Positions 6,165 through 12,733 of a stretch of DNA of 12,733 nucleotides are shown here, piece by piece. The position numbers and the translations under genes are program-made. Positions within the stretch are counted from its first letter, which is position 1. Every line of letters begins with the position of its first letter. The notes beneath the pieces were generated by a model that saw only the letters and a list, made by a program, of their open reading frames with translations, did no database searches and was not told the origin of the DNA. The stretch is from Candidatus Scalinduaceae bacterium (lineage in GTDB: Bacteria > Planctomycetota > Brocadiia > Brocadiales > Scalinduaceae), in NCBI GenBank assembly GCA_046759445.1, contig JBHICG010000086.1:1-12733 (forward strand), written 5' to 3'.

Positions 6165-6782
6165 TTACAAATCCACTTTATCCTGCTCTGCATCCTTTAT
6201 CAAAAACGTAAACGCATAATGCGTCAAATACCCATCAAAGTCGATTGGTAAAATCAGATTAAACGTTGAATCTTTCAAGTCTTCTCCTCGCCCCTCAAAA
6301 CTGTATCTCGGAAAGAATGGTTCCATTAAATAGTCTATCTGATACGACGCAATCGAAAACCTATCCTGCCCTATACAGAAATCTGGCCAGTTATTCTTCC
6401 AAACATATCCTGTTATTTCTGAACTAGGATCGATCCTCATCGGTGTAACATATAAGTCATTATCTTGGGTAAAATATATCATCTCGTATGCAAAATCATA
6501 ACCATAAAGCACTCTATAAGATTCGCCCGAAGGACCTATATATTCGGCTTTATCTCTAACAAGATATACGTCGTTATCAGTCTTGTTTTTGATTTCTACC
6601 CAGATATTTTCAGGTGATGGAACAAATCTGAACTGAACATTATTATCCTCATACTTCATTGTTTCACTTTGAGGTTCAACTAGAGAAAAACTATAACGAT
6701 AAGGTGTATATGAACAACCAGTAAAAATTAAGCATAAAAACCCAATGATTATTTTGTGTTTTATGTTAAATAATCTATACAT
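6165..6782 (-). CDS. Hypothetical lipoprotein
   Basis: 205 aa; basic N-terminus, hydrophobic stretch and lipobox-like IFTG-C; GGAGGTG RBS. Confidence 0.8.
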   Translation of the reverse strand: MYRLFNIKHKIIIGFLCLIFTGCSYTPYRYSFSLVEPQSETMKYEDNNVQFRFVPSPENIWVEIKNKTDNDVYLVRDKAEYIGPSGESYRVLYGYDFAYEMIYFTQDNDLYVTPMRIDPSSEITGYVWKNNWPDFCIGQDRFSIASYQIDYLMEPFFPRYSFEGRGEDLKDSTFNLILPIDFDGYLTHYAFTFLIKDAEQDKVDL

Positions 6783-6803
6783 TTTTCACCTCCAAATTAA
6801 ATA

Positions 6804-7655
6804 TCACTCATGATGTGAACGTATGGCTCCGTTAGCTACATGAACAAGCTCTTTTCTAGGCATTGTTGAGGTTAAACTATACATTTTCTTACCATATCTC
6901 CATAGAACAACATTGTATCCTTTATGCCTGCCGAAGTAGTATTGCCGTCCATTGATAATCTGTCTTTTAAGGCTATTTATGTTCATTCCAGAGCTATCTA
7001 TTACCTCTAAAGATATCTTGTTATGTCTTCTTTCCATTTCAATGTGTGCACTCTTTCTACCGGCTAAATAGCAATTTTTACAACCTAGATGTTTTATTTT
7101 AATACCCTTAAATACTGGAATAGCCATATCAACATTAACCTGTTTAGAAGCATTAAGATATCTTCTTATTTCATTTCTATCAGAACTTACTAGATCGAGT
7201 AACATTTTGCCTTTAATAAATCTATCGTGACATTCTGCAGCTCCCTTAATAATGGGAGAGGAATCTACTGGTTTAAAATATACATAGTAAGCGGTAAGAC
7301 CAGAAATAATCAGAAGTATTAAAACTGCTGTGTTTATATAGATGGGCCTTAGTGTAAAAAATCCAAATATGTCTCTTATATTTTGCTTGCCTAGCTTCAA
7401 TATAGAAGGTTTTACACGGGTACGTTCTTCATGCGTCTCTGACAATTGCTTCAAAATATTTTCTCTCACATATTGTGGCACTCTGTGAATTCGTGTCCTA
7501 TCTCTAACAATTTTTTTTAAGGTCTGTTCAAACTCAAATTTCTCGCAACATTTTTGGCAGATATCAAGATGTTTCTTAATCTTTGAACAATTATAATCGT
7601 CAAGCTCATTATCTAAAAATTCATAGAGTTGATTTATTGCTTCTTTGCAAGTCAT
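6804..7655 (-). CDS. Transmembrane zinc-binding (ZAS / zf-HC2) anti-sigma factor
   Basis: MTCKEA...LYEFLDNEL...HLDICQKC (Hx3Cx2C), one transmembrane helix (TAVLILLIISGLTAYYVYF) and an extracytoplasmic C-terminal domain; directly downstream of the ECF sigma. Confidence 0.88.
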   Translation of the reverse strand: MTCKEAINQLYEFLDNELDDYNCSKIKKHLDICQKCCEKFEFEQTLKKIVRDRTRIHRVPQYVRENILKQLSETHEERTRVKPSILKLGKQNIRDIFGFFTLRPIYINTAVLILLIISGLTAYYVYFKPVDSSPIIKGAAECHDRFIKGKMLLDLVSSDRNEIRRYLNASKQVNVDMAIPVFKGIKIKHLGCKNCYLAGRKSAHIEMERRHNKISLEVIDSSGMNINSLKRQIINGRQYYFGRHKGYNVVLWRYGKKMYSLTSTMPRKELVHVANGAIRSHHE

Positions 7656-7779
7656 TTTTTTCTTTTTCCCCCCTCACTAATTTCCAGTTTATTCATGTCG
7701 GAACTACCTTCTTAAGCCTGCAGTAAACGCTGTTTACGTACTTTTTGTCCTAATATTCAACAGTACTGTAAAACGTATC

Positions 7780-8358
7780 CTATTTTTCTTTTAAATAACC
7801 TCTGTCCTTTGCATAATTCCATAGTAATTTCTGTAACAGCCTTCTTCCCCTGTACAATCTTGACTTTACTGTCCCTATTGGACATCCTATAACGTCCGAT
7901 ATTTCTTCATAAGAAATACCCTCTATATCCGAATATAAGACAACTTCCCTGAAGGCAAGTGGCATATTCTCAAGTGCGTTTTTTACTTCGTCCTCAAAAA
8001 ATTCTTCAACACTTAAAGTGCTCTCATTTAGGGGGCTATTGTCTTTTCTATAAGCATTTTTCTTGTTAAACAAATAGAAGTCATCTATTTCATCATAATA
8101 GGTCTCATGTGGCTCTTTTATTTTCTTTCTATACATATTAATAAAAGTATTTCGCATTATCTTAAATAACCATGCCTTCAAATTGGAACCTTCTCTATAT
8201 TTATTCGAAAATCTGTGCATCTTAAGATAAGTTTCCTGAACCAGGTCTTCAGCGTCTTCCCTTTTTCCCGTCATCCTCATTGCAACGTTAAAAAGCGAAT
8301 CAATATATTCTAACGCATCTAACTCAAAATCTCTTAATTTAGCTTCAGTGTTATCCAA
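7780..8358 (-). CDS. ECF RNA polymerase sigma factor (SigR/SigH-like)
   Basis: 192 aa; region 2 DAEDLVQETYLK..NLKAWLFKIMRNTFIN and region 4 SYEEISDVIGCPIGTVKSRLYRGR. TTG start with GAGGGA RBS. Confidence 0.93.
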   Translation of the reverse strand: MDNTEAKLRDFELDALEYIDSLFNVAMRMTGKREDAEDLVQETYLKMHRFSNKYREGSNLKAWLFKIMRNTFINMYRKKIKEPHETYYDEIDDFYLFNKKNAYRKDNSPLNESTLSVEEFFEDEVKNALENMPLAFREVVLYSDIEGISYEEISDVIGCPIGTVKSRLYRGRRLLQKLLWNYAKDRGYLKEK

Positions 8359-8380
8359 GTACCTATTCCCTCATGTTTAT

Positions 8381-8406
8381 AACAATATTCAAAATAAAAT
8401 AGTTCC
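8381..8406 (-). promoter_or_regulatory. ECF-type (SigR/SigH-like) promoter upstream of the sigma gene
   Basis: Minus strand GGAAC (8406-8402), 18 nt, GTT (8383-8381), ending 22 nt before the TTG start. Confidence 0.72.
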
Positions 8407-8816
8407 CTTTTCATAATTCATCCTGAACAATCAAATCATGACGTTCAAGTTTCCTAAGCAAAGACGTAACCGTTATTTATATTATAGCATCAAGCTTAAT
8501 TTATTTTGTAAAAACACAAGCTCCTTCTGAAAACTACACAATTTATACTTCATATTAGTAAAGACATGAAAAAAGGCAAGATATTTTTGAATAAGAAACT
8601 TGCAGTGGTGTGACAATCAAAGTTTTATGTTTACTTTCTTTATAAAAACATTATATTTGAGTTTTTAACTAAATTGGAAATAAATTAGTGATAATAACGA
8701 CTACAAACGTTTTTATTATAATCTAAAAAAATCTTGTTTTTGAGCAAATTTTTTTACAATAATTAACAATATATCGCAATTAGCTTTCATGTTAAGTTAG
8801 TTCTAAGGAGAAACTT

Positions 8817-11800
8817 ATGAGTCGGGATACGGTAATAGTTGATGGTTGTACTGCGTGTGCACACGTAGTACATGCGACTAATGAAATTATTACAATTTAT
8901 CCAATAACACCTTCATCACCCATTGCAGAAATCTGTGACGCAAAGTCTGCAAAAGGGCAGGTAAATATATGGGGATCTGTGCCAAAGGTTAGTGAGATGC
9001 AGTCGGAAGCAGGTGTTGCTGGAGCAGTACATGGTTCTCTTACTACTGGCGCTCTTGCAACAACCATTTCTGCATCTCAAGGTCTTTTATTAATAATCCC
9101 AAACATGTATAAAATCGCAGGTGAGCTGACTCCAACTGTGTTTCACATAACTGCCCGTTCTCTTGCTTGCCAGGGATTGTCTATATTTGGAGACCATTCG
9201 GACGTAATGGCAACACGCTCTACGGGCTTTGCTATGTTGTGTTCTCAGAACGTGCAGGAGGCTATGGATTTTGCCCTAATCTCTCAAGCAGCCACACTTG
9301 AATCCAGGATTCCGTTCATGCACTTTTTCGACGGTTTCAGGACATCCCATGAAGTCCAGAAGATTGAAGAAGTTAGTTTTGACGATATGCGTGCCATGAT
9401 AGACGATGACCTTATTATTGCTCATCGTAAAAGAGGTCTTACTCCAGACCGCCCAAGCATTCGTGGCACATCACAAAACCCGGATGTGTATTTCCAGGGA
9501 AGAGAAACTGTTAATAAATATTATGATGCAACCCCGGATATCGTTCAAAAGGCAATGGATAAGTTCGCTGGTATATCTGGCCGGCAGTATAAACTATTTG
9601 ATTATTTGGGTGATCCAGATGCAGAGCGTATTATTGTAGTTATGGGTTCTGCGGCTGAAGTGGCGCTAAATACAGTTAATGCACTTAACACGAGGGGAGA
9701 AAAACTTGGAATCGTTCTTGTGAGACTTTACAGACCATTTTACATAGATGCATTTGCTGAGTGTTTACCATCAAGGGTAAAATCAATTGCCGTCCTTGAC
9801 CGTACAAAAGAGCCCGGCGCAATTGGTGAACCTTTATATCTTGACGTCAGGACTGCTGTTGGTGAGATAATGGAAAAGGGTACATCTAAATGCAAGGACT
9901 ATCCAAAAATTGTCGGCGGACGTTACGGTCTGGGTTCAAAGGATTTTACTCCTGCAATGGTAAAGGCCATTTATGATAATCTCTTACAGGATAAACCAAA
10001 AAATCATTTCACAATAGGCATTGATGATGATGTTTGTGGCACCAGCCTTGAGTATGACCAGTCTTTTGATATAGGCGAAAAAGGGGAATTCCGTTCACTG
10101 TTTTACGGTCTGGGTGCTGATGGTACAGTTGGCGCAAATAAAAATACCATTAAAATTATCGGGAAGGAAACAGACAATTACTCACAGGCATATTTCGTTT
10201 ATGATTCAAAGAAATCAGGCGCAACTACGGTATCACACCTTCGTTTCGGAAAGGATAGAATACATAAACCATATCTCATTTCAAAGGCAAACTTCATTGC
10301 ATGCCATAATCCTTCGTTCCCGGAGAAAATAGATATGTTATCAAATGCAGAGGAAGGAGCAACTTTCCTTCTTACTACATCGCACAAGAAAGATGAGGTA
10401 TGGGATACGTTGCCCGTTGAAGTACAGGAGCAGCTTATCTCGAAGAAAATGAAATTCTATATTATTGATGCCATCTCACTTGCTGAAGAGATCGGTCTTG
10501 GCGCAAGGATAAATATGATAATGCAAACAGCATTCTTTGTTATTTCAGGAATCATTCCTAAAGAAGATGCCGTTAAATCAATAAAGACTGAGATCAAAAA
10601 GACCTATATGAGGAAAGGTGAGGAAATAGTCAATTTGAATTATAAGGCCGTAGATAAGGCATTACAAAATATTGTCGAAGTGCCTGTCCCTGATAAGGCG
10701 ACCAGTAAGATAACGATGCGTGATCACGTGCCTGAGGATGCTCCTGAATTTGTTAAGAATGTAACAGCCAAATTACTGGCCAACAACGGAGATTTTCTCC
10801 CTGTATCAGCTATACCTGCCGATGGCACATGGCCGACAGGAACCACTCAGTATGAGAGGCGAAATATTGGCGTTAACATACCTGTTTGGGAGCCTGATGC
10901 CTGCATACAGTGTGCACAGTGTTCATTTGTTTGTCCACATGCAACCATAAGGGTAAAGGCGTATGATCCATCTTTACTTAAAGATGCTCCCTCTACATTT
11001 AAATCTATAGATGCTATAGGGAAGGATCTTAAAGGGCTTAAGTTTACTGTACAGGTTGCCCCTGAAGACTGTACCGGTTGTGGTTCTTGTGTATTTAATT
11101 GCCCGGGGCAGAAAAAGGACGCTGATGGAAACAAGATTGAAGGCGTTAAGGCCATAAATATGAAACCTCAAGAACCTTTACGCCAGGAGGAAGCAAGGAA
11201 TTATGATTTCTTTCTGAAACTTCCAGAAACTGATAGATCGAGGTTCAGAGTTACAAATGTTAAAGGAAGTCAGTTTGTAAAGCCGCTTTTTGAGTACAAT
11301 GGTGCGTGTTTAGGTTGTGGGGAGACGCCTTATATAAAATTACTTACACAACTGTTTGGAGACCGTTTGATTATTGCTAATGCAACGGGTTGTAGTTCCA
11401 TCTATGGTGGCAATCTACCAACAACCCCTTACACAAAAAGGGACGATGGCAGGGGGCCTGCATGGTCAAATTCTTTATTTGAAGATACAGCCGAGTTTGG
11501 TCTTGGTATGAGACAAACAATGGATAAGTTTCATGCTCAGGCAATGGAATTGATAGACAGGCTAGTCTCAGACCCTTCGTATGCAGATTTAAAAGATTTC
11601 TTTAATTCGATGAAAAACGCAGATCAATCGACACAAGAGGGTATTGAGGAGCAAAGGGGACGCATTGAAGAACTCAAAAAGAGACTTTCAACAAAAAACG
11701 GTTCTCCAGAAGTAAAGAACCTCCTCTCCCTTGCCGATTATATTGTTAAAAAGTGTGTATGGGCTATTGGAGGAGACGGCTGGGGCTATGATATTGGCTA

Positions 11801-12404
11801 TGGGGGAGTTGATCATGTGCTGGCAACAGGTGAAAACATAAAGTTGTTGATTATGGATACGGAAGTATATTCAAATACCGGTGGTCAGATGTCCAAGGCA
11901 ACACCCTTAGGAGCAATTGCCCAGTTTGCGGCAGGTGGGAAGAGAACTCCCAAGAAGAATATTGGCATGATAATGTCAACTTACGGTAATGTATATATTG
12001 CTCAAGTGGCTTTTGGTGCAAACCAGGCTCAGACACTTAAGGCATTCTTAGAAGCTGATGCATATAACGGTCCTGCGCTCATAATTGCCTATTCGACTTG
12101 CATAGCACACGGTATGGATATGAGTAAGGGAATAGAGGCTCAGAAAAAAGCCGTGGCAAGTGGTTATTGGCCACTCTATCGATATAATCCGGAACTCGAG
12201 GCCCAGGGTAAAAATCCACTGGTTATCAGTAGTAAGGATCCTTCAATCCCATTTGAGGAATATGCCTATCGTGAGAACCGTTACAAGGCATTAAGGGCAA
12301 GCAATCCAGAGGCTGCAAAAGCGCTTATGAAACAAGCAGAGGCAGACATAATGAGGAGATGGAAATTACTCAAACATATGGCTGCCTGGTCTCCTGAGGA
12401 ATGA
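8817..12404 (+). CDS. nifJ: Pyruvate:ferredoxin (flavodoxin) oxidoreductase, single-chain type
   Basis: 1195 aa; IYPITPS, EMQSEAG, GGRYGLGSK, two ferredoxin motifs (CIQCAQCSFVCP, CTGCGSCVFNCP), GACLGCGETPY, NATGCSSIYGG and TPP-binding GGDGW..DIG...YSNTGGQ. AAGGAG RBS. Confidence 0.97.
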   Translation: MSRDTVIVDGCTACAHVVHATNEIITIYPITPSSPIAEICDAKSAKGQVNIWGSVPKVSEMQSEAGVAGAVHGSLTTGALATTISASQGLLLIIPNMYKIAGELTPTVFHITARSLACQGLSIFGDHSDVMATRSTGFAMLCSQNVQEAMDFALISQAATLESRIPFMHFFDGFRTSHEVQKIEEVSFDDMRAMIDDDLIIAHRKRGLTPDRPSIRGTSQNPDVYFQGRETVNKYYDATPDIVQKAMDKFAGISGRQYKLFDYLGDPDAERIIVVMGSAAEVALNTVNALNTRGEKLGIVLVRLYRPFYIDAFAECLPSRVKSIAVLDRTKEPGAIGEPLYLDVRTAVGEIMEKGTSKCKDYPKIVGGRYGLGSKDFTPAMVKAIYDNLLQDKPKNHFTIGIDDDVCGTSLEYDQSFDIGEKGEFRSLFYGLGADGTVGANKNTIKIIGKETDNYSQAYFVYDSKKSGATTVSHLRFGKDRIHKPYLISKANFIACHNPSFPEKIDMLSNAEEGATFLLTTSHKKDEVWDTLPVEVQEQLISKKMKFYIIDAISLAEEIGLGARINMIMQTAFFVISGIIPKEDAVKSIKTEIKKTYMRKGEEIVNLNYKAVDKALQNIVEVPVPDKATSKITMRDHVPEDAPEFVKNVTAKLLANNGDFLPVSAIPADGTWPTGTTQYERRNIGVNIPVWEPDACIQCAQCSFVCPHATIRVKAYDPSLLKDAPSTFKSIDAIGKDLKGLKFTVQVAPEDCTGCGSCVFNCPGQKKDADGNKIEGVKAINMKPQEPLRQEEARNYDFFLKLPETDRSRFRVTNVKGSQFVKPLFEYNGACLGCGETPYIKLLTQLFGDRLIIANATGCSSIYGGNLPTTPYTKRDDGRGPAWSNSLFEDTAEFGLGMRQTMDKFHAQAMELIDRLVSDPSYADLKDFFNSMKNADQSTQEGIEEQRGRIEELKKRLSTKNGSPEVKNLLSLADYIVKKCVWAIGGDGWGYDIGYGGVDHVLATGENIKLLIMDTEVYSNTGGQMSKATPLGAIAQFAAGGKRTPKKNIGMIMSTYGNVYIAQVAFGANQAQTLKAFLEADAYNGPALIIAYSTCIAHGMDMSKGIEAQKKAVASGYWPLYRYNPELEAQGKNPLVISSKDPSIPFEEYAYRENRYKALRASNPEAAKALMKQAEADIMRRWKLLKHMAAWSPEE

Positions 12405-12443
12405 GGTTTGTTTAAACTTGTTTAACCGCGCCATTTGGGTGTG

Positions 12444-12557
12444 GTAGGGTGGATTAAGCGACAGCGAATCCACCTTTATCCGTAGCAAGAGACATTATCC
12501 ATATCAATTATCCATTCTTATTGGTGGATTCGGCCTATCTGCCTTAATCCACCCTAC
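12444..12557. repeat. Inverted doublet of GTAG-type REPs (REPIN/BIME-like)
   Basis: 12444-12480 GTAGGGTGGATTAAGCGACAGCGAATCCACCTTTATC and inverted 12523-12557 (minus: GTAGGGTGGATTAAGGCAGATAGGCCGAATCCACC), separated by a 42-nt AT-rich spacer. Confidence 0.9.
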
Positions 12558-12653
12558 TTTTGAAATATTTTGAGAATTGGCTATGTTGTCGATCAGGAAT
12601 TCTATACGGCCAGAGTTGCAGAATCATTAGCTTAGATAACATGGTAGAAAGCG

Positions 12654-12733
12654 TTAATTCTCATCTAAGTGATACCATTCAGGATTTTCAAGCCAATTAT
12701 CAGGTTGTGATACAAAATCGATTATATTTTCCA
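12654..12733 (-). CDS. Possible 3' end of a convergent gene continuing beyond the window
   Basis: Open minus frame ...ENIIDFVSQPDNWLENPEWYHLDEN*; too short to identify. Confidence 0.3.
   Translation of the reverse strand, partial: ENIIDFVSQPDNWLENPEWYHLDEN

Noticed and set aside
7700..7737. + strand GGAAC-N18-GTA and palindrome GTAAAC-gct-GTTTAC between anti-sigma and sigma
   Set aside because: The -10 element deviates from GTT and would only drive antisense RNA; no independent support.
9406..12036. Short alternative-frame and antisense ORFs within nifJ
   Set aside because: Fully nested in a highly conserved 1195-aa gene.
12444..12557. Possible CRISPR mini-array (about 35-nt palindromic repeats with a 42-nt spacer)
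   Set aside because: The repeats are inverted rather than direct, only two are present, they are GTAG-tagged and no cas genes are seen; this fits a REP doublet.
1..12733. Taxonomic assignment (style reminiscent of an AT-rich anaerobe such as an anammox planctomycete)
   Set aside because: No marker gene in the window; impression only.

Overview
The window is AT-rich bacterial DNA with an accessory left third and a core-like right two-thirds. Left (1-4380): a REP-associated tyrosine (HUH/Y1) transposase gene bracketed by 25-bp inverted repeats. It is followed by an integrase-less run of integron cassette material with two attC sites, a 5'-truncated Mrr-like restriction endonuclease, a GC-rich patatin phospholipase and a membrane-protein gene with an internal stop. 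Next come a GTAG-type REP, a hicBA toxin-antitoxin pair and a nested palindromic (REP/MITE-like) element. Right (4390-12733): a minus-strand DUF2064-type glycosyltransferase with a DUF3108-like gene, an ECF sigma / zinc anti-sigma / lipoprotein operon with a likely autoregulated promoter, a divergent single-chain pyruvate:ferredoxin oxidoreductase (nifJ) and a REP doublet. Most notable: both ends of the Mrr-attC-patatin segment are truncated at copies of the transposase end motif, suggesting HUH-nuclease-mediated capture or reshuffling of integron cassettes. All family assignments come from motifs recognised by eye; no searches were run.
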